The notes below the pieces were generated by a model. It searched no databases. It saw only the letters and a program-made list of their open reading frames with translations, and was not told the DNA's origin. A stretch of 64,000 bases of DNA from a bacterium. GTDB taxonomy: Bacteria; Patescibacteriota; Minisyncoccia; Phycocordibacterales; UBA1006. The translations under genes and the position numbers were made by a program. The stretch is from the NCBI GenBank assembly GCA_037144045.1, contig JBAWXN010000001.1, forward strand, positions 203,752-267,751. The letters are read 5' to 3'. Each line of letters starts with the position of its first letter. The stretch's first letter is position 1. Of this stretch, positions 1-9,443 are shown one piece after another.

Positions 1-165
1 GATCCAGAACCTACAATTATTCCTCAACAACCAGAAGAAGTCCCAATGATTCAAGAACCCGAACCGGCTCCTATTCCGCAAATACCTAAGCGTTCACCAG
101 TTACATCATCGAATACGGTTCGTGAAGTACCCGAAGACATTTTAAGGAAGGTACTTGAGGAATAG
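1..165 (+). CDS. 3' end of a gene truncated by the window; Pro/Glu-rich linker ending ...REVPEDILRKVLEE*
   Basis: Frame 1 open from base 1 to TAG at 163-165; product not identifiable from this fragment. Confidence 0.7.
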   Translation, partial: DPEPTIIPQQPEEVPMIQEPEPAPIPQIPKRSPVTSSNTVREVPEDILRKVLEE

Positions 166-216
166 TTGAATAATAATTAGTGAATTATTTATAGCTTATA
201 TGAAAAAATACTTATT

Positions 217-1368
217 ATGAAACGAATAAGTATTTTTTTATTGTTATTTTTTATTATTGGAATTAAAACTGCGTTCGCGCAAATTATTATTAACGAAGTT
301 GCATGGATGGGAACTACAACATCTGCTAATGCAGAATGGATCGAGTTGTATAATACAGGCACTGAATCAGTGGTACTGGATGGGTGGACATTAAAAGCCA
401 TTGATGGTTCGCCAAGTGTTTTACTTACAGGTAGTATTGGCGCTCAAGGGTATTTTCTTCTTGAACGTACATCTGACGAGACAATTCCTCAAATTTCTGC
501 AAACCAGATATATTCAGGATCACTAGGAAATAATGGGGAATACTTAGTACTTAAAGATAAAGATGGAAATAGTATTAATGAAGTCGAACAGGTCTCCGGA
601 TGGCTTGCCGGTGATAATACCACTAAACAAACAATGCAATTTGCGGGTAGTAATTGGATTACAGGAATAGGAACTCCTGGGACCCAGAATAACAGCAGTG
701 GAACTCAAGATTCGGAAACAACTACTGCGATAAGTAGTACTACTACTGCAACGAGTAGTGATCCAGTACCAGATGAAACAAAAAAAGATTCAGATGTCGA
801 AATAATCCCTGTGAATCCAGATCCTCGTTTTTCTGCAAAAGTGGCCAGTCCCACTTTTAGTATGGCAGGGGTACCGGTACCGTTTTCAGTGCAAGTAAAG
901 CAGGGAACAAAGAAAGATTTAGTTACGGGAAGGTTTGAATGGTACCTTGGTGATGGGACAGCGCGGCGCTACTTTAAAAACACATCATTTGAACATGTTT
1001 TTTACTACCCTGGTAATTATACTGTTGTTATGGAATATTATTCGGATGCATTTCGCGATGAGCCAGATTCTATCCATAAAAAAACTATTGCTATTGTTCC
1101 TGATGCGGTAGCTATTCAAGAATTGACCGATGATGGTGGTATTGTTATTTCGAGTGAGGCGTCTCGTGAAATAGATCTTTATAATTGGACGATTCATTCC
1201 AATGCAATAACTTTTACATTTCCTAAATATACTCTCATTCCGAAAAAGGGGACACTAGCTATTTCCGGTAATGTATTAGGTTCTGATCTAAGGAATAGTT
1301 CAGAGGTGGTTTTAAAAAACCCGAATAATAAGGCAATAAGTTTATTCAACCTTCAAAAGGTTGAATAA
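217..1368 (+). CDS. Secreted lamin-tail-domain protein with PKD-like domain
   Basis: Signal peptide; IIINEVAW..EWIELYN..LDGWTL lamin-tail motif; Thr/Ser linker; WYLGDG..HVFYYPGNYTV PKD motif. Confidence 0.85.
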   Translation: MKRISIFLLLFFIIGIKTAFAQIIINEVAWMGTTTSANAEWIELYNTGTESVVLDGWTLKAIDGSPSVLLTGSIGAQGYFLLERTSDETIPQISANQIYSGSLGNNGEYLVLKDKDGNSINEVEQVSGWLAGDNTTKQTMQFAGSNWITGIGTPGTQNNSSGTQDSETTTAISSTTTATSSDPVPDETKKDSDVEIIPVNPDPRFSAKVASPTFSMAGVPVPFSVQVKQGTKKDLVTGRFEWYLGDGTARRYFKNTSFEHVFYYPGNYTVVMEYYSDAFRDEPDSIHKKTIAIVPDAVAIQELTDDGGIVISSEASREIDLYNWTIHSNAITFTFPKYTLIPKKGTLAISGNVLGSDLRNSSEVVLKNPNNKAISLFNLQKVE

Positions 1369-1385
1369 TATGGTATGCTGGTGGC

Positions 1386-1967
1386 ATGAATTATTTAGTT
1401 GTTGGTCTTGGAAATCCAGGAAAAGAGTATCAAAAAACACGTCATAATGCCGGCTGGGTAGTTATAGACTCCGCATATCCTGATTTGTTTTGGGAGCGTG
1501 ATAATTATGCGGTCGCAGACATTGCAAAGCAAGATGCAATTATTTTTGCCAAACCTGCTACGTTTATGAACCTTTCGGGTGAATCTGTAGGATATCTTAC
1601 TAATAAAAAAGACATTGATCCTGATCAGTGTATTGTTATTTATGATGATATTGATTTACCTCTTGGTAAGCTAAAAATTTCTTATGATCGTGGATCAGGT
1701 GGTCATAACGGCATTAAATCAATTCAGGACCATTTGGGTACTGCAGAATTTATTCGTATTCGAATTGGTATTTCAAAACTTATGGAAAACGGGGAATTAG
1801 TGAAACCAAACGTTCTTGGAAAATTCGAACCCGAAGAACTTGAAATACTTGAATCGGTTGCACAAAGAGTTAAACTTGCAATACATACTATTATTAAAGA
1901 TGGAAAAGAATTCACCATGACTGAATTTAATTCACTAGATCCTCATATAAAACTTTTGAAGCAATAA
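1386..1967 (+). CDS. pth: Peptidyl-tRNA hydrolase
   Basis: VGLGNPG..Y..TRHNAG, KPATFMNLSG, GSGGHNGIKSI motifs. Confidence 0.97.
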   Translation: MNYLVVGLGNPGKEYQKTRHNAGWVVIDSAYPDLFWERDNYAVADIAKQDAIIFAKPATFMNLSGESVGYLTNKKDIDPDQCIVIYDDIDLPLGKLKISYDRGSGGHNGIKSIQDHLGTAEFIRIRIGISKLMENGELVKPNVLGKFEPEELEILESVAQRVKLAIHTIIKDGKEFTMTEFNSLDPHIKLLKQ

Positions 1968-1995
1968 AAAATCCCCAAAAGGGGATTTTTTATTG
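1962..1995. terminator. Bidirectional intrinsic terminator between pth and rpsA
   Basis: CAATAAAAAATCCCC-AAAA-GGGGATTTTTTATTG, perfect 15-bp arms. Confidence 0.85.
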
Positions 1996-1999
1996 AGAA

Positions 2000-3112
2000 C
2001 TATTTTACAAATGACAAGGTCATTTTGTGTTCTTTTGGATCGAAGAGAGTAATTTTGAATGAGTATGACTTTCCAAGTGAAAGCGCTTCCTTCAATTTCT
2101 TATCGTCTCCGAATTCTGAAACATGAACCAATCCTGCAACACCTTCCTCGATTGATACCAAAGCCCCGTGTTTGTTGAATTTAATCACCACACCGGTTAC
2201 TTCGTCATCTTTCTTGTACTTGTTTGCAACACGATCCCAAGGATTTTCTTTCAAAGCCTTGATTGAAAGAGAGATTTTTCCATCCTTGATTTCAATAATT
2301 TTAGCTTTTACTTTGTCTCCTAATTTGTAGAGAACGCGAGGATCGTCAACGAGTGACCAGTCAATTTCAGAAATGTGTACTAACCCTTCAAGGCCGTCTT
2401 CAACTTTGAGGAAGATTCCGAAGTCTACAACCCCAGTTACTTCACCGTTGATTTCATCACCCACCGAGTATTTAGTAACCATTTCTTTCTTGTCTTCTTT
2501 AGTGTTTCCTTTTTCGCTGAAGATTAATTTACCTTCTTTAGGATTTACACCAATAATGGTAAGAGCGAGTTTCTTTGAAACCAATTTCTTGAGTTCTTTA
2601 AGAATTTCGTCTTTGTTACCATCGTCAACACGAGGATAGTTTTCTGCTCGGAGTTGTGAAGCAGGTAGGAATCCTGCGATTCCTTGCCATTCCACAATAA
2701 GTCCTCCTTTGTTGGCTTCTTTAATAGGAAGTTCAAGAACTTGTTCAGACTTCATTGCTTTTTCAGCATCTGACCAAACCAATGCTTGGCGAGCTTCTTT
2801 GAGTGAGAGTTCAATGTATCCATTGTTGTTTTCTCGTTCAACGATTTTCGCTTTAACAGAATCTCCAACATTAATGTTTTTGATCATGTCTCGAGCATTG
2901 ATGTATTCTTGCCCGTAGATAATACCGGTTCCATAGAGTGGAATTTCGATATACATTTCCATACTATCAATTGTTAGTACGGTTCCTTCTACGAGTTCTC
3001 CGATTTCAAGAGGTTTGATTACTTCGTTAAGAACTAATCCCTTCATTGAATCTGAGAGTTCTGCTCCCTCAAAAGGGGTAACAGAATTTTTTGTCATTTC
3101 TTTTTTAGACAT
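2000..3112 (-). CDS. rpsA: 30S ribosomal protein S1 (4 S1 domains)
   Basis: Repeated S1 motifs (GFLPASQL, EGLVHISEI, AGLVHVSE, ISLSIK). Confidence 0.9.
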   Translation of the reverse strand: MSKKEMTKNSVTPFEGAELSDSMKGLVLNEVIKPLEIGELVEGTVLTIDSMEMYIEIPLYGTGIIYGQEYINARDMIKNINVGDSVKAKIVERENNNGYIELSLKEARQALVWSDAEKAMKSEQVLELPIKEANKGGLIVEWQGIAGFLPASQLRAENYPRVDDGNKDEILKELKKLVSKKLALTIIGVNPKEGKLIFSEKGNTKEDKKEMVTKYSVGDEINGEVTGVVDFGIFLKVEDGLEGLVHISEIDWSLVDDPRVLYKLGDKVKAKIIEIKDGKISLSIKALKENPWDRVANKYKKDDEVTGVVIKFNKHGALVSIEEGVAGLVHVSEFGDDKKLKEALSLGKSYSFKITLFDPKEHKMTLSFVK

Positions 3113-3122
3113 AGTGTTGAGT

Positions 3123-3185
3123 AGTCCAAACGCTTGCTTTCCGCCGTGACTGAATGATCAAGGAAAGGGGTTAGGCGAGGGGACT
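3123..3185 (-). promoter_or_regulatory. Structured 5' leader of rpsA (candidate r-leader)
   Basis: Nested pairings on the - strand: AGTCC/GGACT, CGC/GCG, CTTTCC/GGAAAG, TGA/TCA. Confidence 0.5.
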
Positions 3186-3242
3186 GGGCTAATAAAACAA
3201 CTTGACTAAAATAACATAAAAACCCTGCTTTCGCAAGGTTTT

Positions 3243-4322
3243 TTATTCTTCGTCTCGTTCCGGTTTTGAAACTTCAATTAGTTCAACATTAATAGCGGTC
3301 TCAGTGATACGCATAATATCTTTATCGATTTTTTTGAATTCTTTTCCTGATGCAGTGTAATGATTTACTACTGTATCAAGTGAAGTACCAAGTTTATTAT
3401 GATAGGTCTGGTACGCACTCAAGTGCTTACCAAGTTCGTCTACACGTTTGATAATGTCTTTCGCAGTTTCTTCGATCTGCATTGCCTTGAGTCCTTGAAG
3501 TACGGTCTGTAAATATGCTAGGAACGAAGTTGGGGAAACGATGATTACTTTATACTTTGAAGCAGCACGTTGAATAAGGTTTTCGGATTCTTCTTGGAGT
3601 GCGCCAACTTTGTTTGTGAGTAGGTCATAGTAGATCGCCTCGTGAGGAATAAACATAAAGGCAAAGTCCATAGTATTTTCCGTTGGGCGAATGTACTTTG
3701 ATGTTTCTGAGATACGGTTCTTTAAATCATTTACAAATGTTGTTTCAAGGCGTTTCTTCTCAATGGGATCTTGCATTTCAACCATCTTGTTATAATTTTC
3801 CAAACTAAATTTTGAGTCTACGGGAATAATCTTGTCTTTAATAAACACTACAGCGTCTACTATTTCGCCGTTACTAAATCCGTACTGCATCTGAAACGAA
3901 TTAGGAGGGAGCACATTCTTCAAAAGAGTTTCCAGATAATATTCACCAAGTACTCCTCGTTGCTTGGGATTTTTTAGAATATCTTGTAATGACTGCAATT
4001 GATCTGCAAACGACATTACTTGTTTTCCGGTTTCTTTTACTTCGGTAAGCTCACGAGTAATTTCTCGGATGAGTTTTTGAGATTCAGAAAATTGAGTCTC
4101 CAAGGATTTTTGCACAACATCAGACGATCGATTCATTTTAATATCAACCGTTTCAGACATCTTATGCATGCGGTCATCTACGGTTCGCGACACCTCGTTG
4201 AGTTGTTGCAAAATAAGCTTAAGTCCGGTATCGTCTTGTTTTACTTCATTTTTTTTAAAGAAGCTTACATACACCAAAAGCATAGCTACTACTATTAAGA
4301 GAAAAATAATTGCGAATTCCAT
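3243..4322 (-). CDS. rmuC: DNA recombination protein RmuC
   Basis: N-terminal TM helix, coiled coil, RGVLGE, PVDSKFSL, DFAFMFIPHEAIY, IVSPT; start reset to MEFAII (TGGTATCAT -10 box 7 nt upstream). Confidence 0.93.
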   Translation of the reverse strand: MEFAIIFLLIVVAMLLVYVSFFKKNEVKQDDTGLKLILQQLNEVSRTVDDRMHKMSETVDIKMNRSSDVVQKSLETQFSESQKLIREITRELTEVKETGKQVMSFADQLQSLQDILKNPKQRGVLGEYYLETLLKNVLPPNSFQMQYGFSNGEIVDAVVFIKDKIIPVDSKFSLENYNKMVEMQDPIEKKRLETTFVNDLKNRISETSKYIRPTENTMDFAFMFIPHEAIYYDLLTNKVGALQEESENLIQRAASKYKVIIVSPTSFLAYLQTVLQGLKAMQIEETAKDIIKRVDELGKHLSAYQTYHNKLGTSLDTVVNHYTASGKEFKKIDKDIMRITETAINVELIEVSKPERDEE

Positions 4323-4347
4323 AGGCTTTATGATACCATGACAACAT
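4323..4347. promoter_or_regulatory. Overlapping divergent extended -10 promoters for rmuC and yqeY
   Basis: TGATACCAT on + (8 nt before ATG 4348) overlaps TGGTATCAT on - (7 nt before ATG 4322). Confidence 0.55.
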
Positions 4348-4803
4348 ATGTCACTACAAACAACCATTAAAGACGGCGTGAAAGACGCTATGAAAAATAA
4401 AGACATGGCGCGATTGACGGTTCTACGAGGACTTTCAAGTGCGTTTATGAATGAGGCAGTTAATCTTACTCGAGGACCGCAAGGTGAACTTTCAGACGAA
4501 GAAGTAATTGCGGTTATTACCCGAGAAGCAAAACGACGTAAAGATTCAATTAATCAATACACCGAAGGAGGTCGTGAAGACTTAGCTGCTGACGAAAAAG
4601 CTGAGCTTGCTATCCTTGAAGAATTCTTGCCAACTATGATGTCTATTGATGAAATTCGACCTCTTGCAGAAGCTAAAAAGGCTGAACTGGGCGCTGACGA
4701 CAAAACAAAACTTGGACAATTAGTGGGTGCGCTTATGAAAGATTTGAAAGGGAAGGCAAATGGGGATGATGTAAAAACAGTTGTTGAATCATTATTTAAC
4801 TAA
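4348..4803 (+). CDS. yqeY: GatB/YqeY domain protein
   Basis: AMKNKD..RL.VLR, KRRKDSI.QY..GGREDLA..EKAEL. Confidence 0.93.
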   Translation: MSLQTTIKDGVKDAMKNKDMARLTVLRGLSSAFMNEAVNLTRGPQGELSDEEVIAVITREAKRRKDSINQYTEGGREDLAADEKAELAILEEFLPTMMSIDEIRPLAEAKKAELGADDKTKLGQLVGALMKDLKGKANGDDVKTVVESLFN

Positions 4804-4815
4804 TCTATAAAATTC

Positions 4816-5160
4816 ATGTTTATTATTAAATGGATCATTAAATGGATCATACTATCAGCTGCTGTAGTATTAGCTGCTAATATTATTCCAGGAATTGCGG
4901 TAACCACGTGGACAGTAGCTCTCGTTGTGGGACTTGTACTTGGTTTCATAAACACATTTATAAAACCAATTCTTAGTATTCTCGCTATTCCAATTAATAT
5001 TTTAACACTGGGATTGTTTGGACTCGTACTTAACGCATTATTGTTCTGGGCTGCAGCATACTTCGTAACTGGATTTTCAGTTGCAACATTCGTAGCTGCG
5101 CTACTCGGATCAATTTTGGTTTCAATAGTTATGTGGTTCGCACATTTCTTCATAGACTAA
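4816..5160 (+). CDS. 4-TM holin-superfamily membrane protein (DUF360/YvlD-like)
   Basis: IKPIL..LAIPINILTLGLF.LV.NA motif. Confidence 0.88.
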   Translation: MFIIKWIIKWIILSAAVVLAANIIPGIAVTTWTVALVVGLVLGFINTFIKPILSILAIPINILTLGLFGLVLNALLFWAAAYFVTGFSVATFVAALLGSILVSIVMWFAHFFID

Positions 5161-5165
5161 TCAAT

Positions 5166-5193
5166 ATAAAAAATCCCTCACGGGATTTTTTAT
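5166..5193. terminator. Bidirectional terminator
   Basis: ATAAAAAATCCC-TCAC-GGGATTTTTTAT between convergent genes. Confidence 0.8.
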
Positions 5194-6287
5194 TTTTTAA
5201 GCAAATTATTTATTACTGATCGAGTTGCAGGACCAACACGACCATCAGAATTTAGCCCATAAGCTTGTTGAAACTCTTTAACCGCTGAATGTGTCATGTT
5301 TCCAAATTTCCCGTCTGCTGTACCACCTAGGAAGCCCATATCAATTAAAAATGATTGTAGGACTTTGACTTGATTCGACTGAACTCCTTTATAAAGTTTT
5401 TGAGTTAACGGCCCAGAGTATGTAGTATCTGCTCCTGGTGTGGTAAACATCCAAGAAGTGTTGCTATACACAGGTTCATAGGGACCTGGTGATAGTGTAC
5501 AGTAACCACTACAAGGTTGTGGTGCTGGCCAGTATCCAATCCATACTCGATATTGTGTATTTGGTTGCAAATTACTTAGATACAAGGGAAGCGGACTGAA
5601 GACATCATCTGAATAAGTAAAGTTTTGTGTCATGTAGTTCGGACTCTGCGCATAAGCATTATAAGAATAATTTACAGAATCTGTTATGTAACGAACGGCG
5701 AGTTTTAATCGTTGTTGTACGTAGTTTTGGTATTCATCGTTTCCAATAGATGCGGTTACAGTCGCATTAGTAGCTCGAATATTTGAAAACTGGAGCTTTG
5801 TTTGATTCAATTGTTGTCCATCACCTTGGGTTGTTACAAGAATTCGATTATTAAATTCGTCAGCGGTTGAAGGACAGGGAGTAGTAATACATACAATTCC
5901 TGTGTCATAAGATAACCAGAGTGTGTATCCTGTATTTGGAGTAAGATTGGTTAAGTAGATAGGAATCAAGGTAGGAGTAGGGCTTGGAGAATAACCAAAT
6001 GTTACAATTGTTGGCATTTGATAGATAGCAGGACAATTAACAATGGCTGCAGTAGATGGATCATCACCACACATAGTTGGTCGATAATTCAAGAAAACTC
6101 GTCGATGATTATTAATGGCTTCTGATAGTCCTTGAGAGAATGGATAGGCATTAACAGTCATACTTGTTTGAGTCATCGACGTGACTGATAAATTATAAGG
6201 CACAGGAGTAAGAGCTTCCGCGCTAGGACTAGAAGCTAGACTACCCACGAGTAAGGCTAAACTAAGTGTCAGGGTTAATTTTTTCAT
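5190..6287 (-). CDS. Secreted protein with two FN3-like repeats and a C-terminal peptidoglycan-binding domain
   Basis: Signal peptide; LTNLTPNTGY / LSNLQPNTQY; VKVLQSFL..DGKFG..T.SAVKEFQ..GL.SDGRVGPAT. Confidence 0.85.
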   Translation of the reverse strand: MKKLTLTLSLALLVGSLASSPSAEALTPVPYNLSVTSMTQTSMTVNAYPFSQGLSEAINNHRRVFLNYRPTMCGDDPSTAAIVNCPAIYQMPTIVTFGYSPSPTPTLIPIYLTNLTPNTGYTLWLSYDTGIVCITTPCPSTADEFNNRILVTTQGDGQQLNQTKLQFSNIRATNATVTASIGNDEYQNYVQQRLKLAVRYITDSVNYSYNAYAQSPNYMTQNFTYSDDVFSPLPLYLSNLQPNTQYRVWIGYWPAPQPCSGYCTLSPGPYEPVYSNTSWMFTTPGADTTYSGPLTQKLYKGVQSNQVKVLQSFLIDMGFLGGTADGKFGNMTHSAVKEFQQAYGLNSDGRVGPATRSVINNLLKK

Positions 6288-6361
6288 GTTTTAAGCATAC
6301 CATGGTATACTGCAGGTCTCAACTCGGCTGAGAAATTACTCAATTAGACTATTTATTTTTT

Positions 6362-7258
6362 ATGAAGACTATCGTGGTTCATAACGGCATATTTCATCCT
6401 GATGATGTTTGTGCTGCAGCTACACTCCAATTATTATTGGAATCTCAAGGTGGAACGGGGACATTTATTAGAACTCGTGATGAAGCAGTCATCGAAACTG
6501 CTGATTTTGTATGTGACGTAGGCGGTATTTTTGACCCTGCAAAAAATAGATTCGACCATCATCAATTAGGTGGTGCAGGGGCTCGCGCTAATGGTATTCA
6601 GTACGCATCTTTTGGATTAGTTTGGAAAACGTATGGATTAAGTCTTTGTGGTAATAATCAAGGAGTTGCAGATTTCATTGAACTGAAATTAGTAGCAGGA
6701 ATTGACGCTACAGACAACGGTCAGGCGGTAACTGAAAATAAATATGAAGACGTAAAATCATACGGTTTCGTAGATATTATTTTTTCTTTGCTTCCCACAT
6801 GGCAGGAAGAATCAGCAGAGGAAGTATTGCTACAGAAGTTTAACGAGGCAGTACTACTTGCGCGGAATGTTATTACGAGAGAAATTAAAAAAGCTACCGA
6901 TATTGTAAACGGGGAACTTGAGGTTGAAAAAATTTACAACAAAACAGAAGATAAGCGCTTGATTGTGTTGAATAAATACTTGCCATGGAAAAAGAAAATC
7001 GAATCGTTTCCAGAGCCTCTTATTACCGTGTTTCCAAATACAACAGGTGGGTGGGTGGTTTATTGTGTTCCAGAAGACATAAGTGCTTTTACAAGTCGAA
7101 TCAAGCTACCAGAAACTTGGGCGGGTAAAAATGACGATGAATTAGCGAGTATTACAGGAGTCGCTGATGCGGTATTCTGCCACAGAGCTCGTTTCATGGC
7201 CGCTGCAAAGAGTCAGAAAGGTGCTGTAGCACTTGCTAAACAAGCACTTTTAATGTAG
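6362..7258 (+). CDS. MYG1 (UPF0160) family DHH-like hydrolase/exonuclease
   Basis: HNGIFHPDD, RTRD, DVGG, FDHHQ, YASFGLVWK, FCH. Confidence 0.93.
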   Translation: MKTIVVHNGIFHPDDVCAAATLQLLLESQGGTGTFIRTRDEAVIETADFVCDVGGIFDPAKNRFDHHQLGGAGARANGIQYASFGLVWKTYGLSLCGNNQGVADFIELKLVAGIDATDNGQAVTENKYEDVKSYGFVDIIFSLLPTWQEESAEEVLLQKFNEAVLLARNVITREIKKATDIVNGELEVEKIYNKTEDKRLIVLNKYLPWKKKIESFPEPLITVFPNTTGGWVVYCVPEDISAFTSRIKLPETWAGKNDDELASITGVADAVFCHRARFMAAAKSQKGAVALAKQALLM

Positions 7259-7277
7259 AGTTTTCAAAAATATTCTT

Positions 7278-8297
7278 ATGACATCATCATTAATTATTAC
7301 AGAACAACACAGGAGTGTGTTTCAACAAATACTCAATGCAGGTAAATCATATCTTCTTTCATTTCATTTAAGTCCTGATCCGGACAGTATTGGAAGTAAT
7401 TTAGCCTTGGCGCAGTTTTTGCGAAATCAAGGTAAACAAGTGACAGTCCTTTGGGGTGCTACTGGTGTAGTTCCAGAGTATGATTATTTAGTTCGTGGAC
7501 ATGAAGTACTTGATACGCCAATTTCAAAATTAGATGCAAATGTTTATGATGCGTTAGTAGTCCTTGATACCGGTTCGCCTTCACGGTCACCAATCGTGTC
7601 AGATGAAGAGCAAGCACGCTGGAAAAATATTATTATCCTTGATCATCATATTGGAAACAATTGGGAACAAGTACAAGGTAAATTAGTAGATTCCAATGCA
7701 ACATCAACCTGCGAACTTTTAGCTGATTTGATTATTGACCATGACGCATCGCTTATTACACCAGGCATTGCTGATATGCTCAAAATTGGTATGTGGAGTG
7801 ATACGCGAGGATTTACTCGTAGGGCAACTGCTGCAGTGTTTACGCTGTATGCGCAATTGCTTACTATTAATCCAAGTTTGGAATTAATACAGCGATTTGA
7901 GCAATCACTTAAGATTGCAGATATTCCTGTATTTCAAGGAATGCTCGAAACAGTGCACATGGTCAAGCATAATGGTCTAAAATATGCGCTGGTATTTTTA
8001 CCGCAGCTCGCTGGTCGTATTGCTAGTACCCATTTAGCTACAGATTTCTTTGGACGATTTTCTGAGGTTGATGTTACTTGTGTAGTAGTGGCTCAGCCTG
8101 ATGAAGCAATTTCAAAAGAGCTCATGAGGTTCCGTATTTCAGTACGGTCAAACACAGCACGCGCTGCAGGACTTGCTCGAAAAATTGCTGAACAACTAGG
8201 GGGCTCAGGTCACGACAACGCATCAGGAGCCCGAATGGATGCTCACAATAAAGAATCTGTGATGGAGCAAATCCAGCAGGCAATAAATGCATTATAG
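7278..8297 (+). CDS. nrnA: DHH/DHHA1 phosphoesterase (NrnA-like)
   Basis: HLSPDPDSIGS, LDT, LDHH, SDT, ISVRS, GGSGH..ASG. Confidence 0.85.
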   Translation: MTSSLIITEQHRSVFQQILNAGKSYLLSFHLSPDPDSIGSNLALAQFLRNQGKQVTVLWGATGVVPEYDYLVRGHEVLDTPISKLDANVYDALVVLDTGSPSRSPIVSDEEQARWKNIIILDHHIGNNWEQVQGKLVDSNATSTCELLADLIIDHDASLITPGIADMLKIGMWSDTRGFTRRATAAVFTLYAQLLTINPSLELIQRFEQSLKIADIPVFQGMLETVHMVKHNGLKYALVFLPQLAGRIASTHLATDFFGRFSEVDVTCVVVAQPDEAISKELMRFRISVRSNTARAAGLARKIAEQLGGSGHDNASGARMDAHNKESVMEQIQQAINAL

Positions 8298-8307
8298 ATT
8301 ATTACTA

Positions 8308-8338
8308 GGCAGTTCCTCGCAAGAGGAGCTGCTATTTG
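8308..8338 (+). terminator. Intrinsic terminator
   Basis: GGCAGTTCCTC-GCAA-GAGGAGCTGCT hairpin followed by ATTT. Confidence 0.6.
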
Positions 8339-8372
8339 ATTTTTCCTGAAAATATGTTATTGTAATATCCTT

Positions 8373-9347
8373 ATGGCATTACTCGATGAAGTACAATTAT
8401 ATATTAAAGCAGGTCGTGGGGGTGACGGAGTAGTACGTTGGCGTCAAGAAAAAGGGAAACCATTATCAGGTCCAGGAGGTGGAAATGGAGGAACTGGAGG
8501 TGACGTATTCGCTTATGCAGTACCAGATATTGGATATTTGGACTTTTACCGTACCAAGAAAAACTTTGCAGCAGAAAATGGATTTCCTGGCGCAAACTGG
8601 GGACGAAAAGGTGCAAATGGTACCGACTTAGTATTGAGTTTTCCAGTAGGGTCTCGACTCATTAACAAGGAAACCGGAGAAATTTTTGAACTTGAAGAAG
8701 TGGGACAAAAAACACTAGTACTCAAAGGAGGACGTGGAGGATTGGGAAATGAATACTTCAAGTCATCACGAAATACAACTCCTAAGGAATGTACTCCAGG
8801 TAAAATCGGAGAAGATGCAACATTTGATATTGAATTGCGACTCGTTGCGAACCTAGGACTCGTTGGGCTTCCTTCAGCGGGAAAATCAAGTCTCTTGAAT
8901 GCGCTCACTAATGCAAAATCAAAAGTTGCAAGTTATCACTTTACAACACTCGATCCACACTTGGGAGCATTTTACGAATTTATCATTGCTGACATTCCAG
9001 GAATTATTGAAGGGGCGTCAGAAGGGAAAGGGCTTGGAGTTAAATTCTTGAAACATGTTTCTAAAACAAAAGCACTTGCGCATGTGGTAGCACTTGATTC
9101 GGACGACCTCGTTCGTGATTATCAAACCATTCGAACTGAAATTGAAAACTATGGTCAAGGATTGCAACATAAAGACGAGGTAATCATTTTCTCGAAGTCA
9201 GATATTATTGAAGATGATGAACTCAAGGCGAAGTTAAAATCAATGGCAAAAATTACACAAGGTAAACTATTCTTTGTGGTTTCTATTGAAAATCCAGAAC
9301 AAATGAAAGAACTTTCAGATGGTTTAGTGAAATATTTACGCCAATAA
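8373..9347 (+). CDS. obgE: GTPase ObgE/CgtA (no C-terminal extension)
   Basis: Gly-rich Obg fold; [20 protein letters not shown]. Confidence 0.97.
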   Translation: MALLDEVQLYIKAGRGGDGVVRWRQEKGKPLSGPGGGNGGTGGDVFAYAVPDIGYLDFYRTKKNFAAENGFPGANWGRKGANGTDLVLSFPVGSRLINKETGEIFELEEVGQKTLVLKGGRGGLGNEYFKSSRNTTPKECTPGKIGEDATFDIELRLVANLGLVGLPSAGKSSLLNALTNAKSKVASYHFTTLDPHLGAFYEFIIADIPGIIEGASEGKGLGVKFLKHVSKTKALAHVVALDSDDLVRDYQTIRTEIENYGQGLQHKDEVIIFSKSDIIEDDELKAKLKSMAKITQGKLFFVVSIENPEQMKELSDGLVKYLRQ

Positions 9348-9443
9348 AAATCCCCGAACGAATCGGGGTTTTTGTATGAAATTAACACTAAAAATTAAAG
9401 TGTCAAGTTATAAAAAACCTTATATTTTGCTATGATAGGGCAC

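Noticed and set aside
4800-5153. Antisense shadow ORFs (also 36688-37134, 53989-54525, 26307-26759, 33609-34052 and others)
   Set aside because: Overlap recognisable genes on the opposite strand or frame and carry no motifs
4816-5160. Holin-family gene as evidence of a prophage
   Set aside because: This 4-TM family is a common chromosomal membrane protein; no integrase, terminase or structural genes in the window
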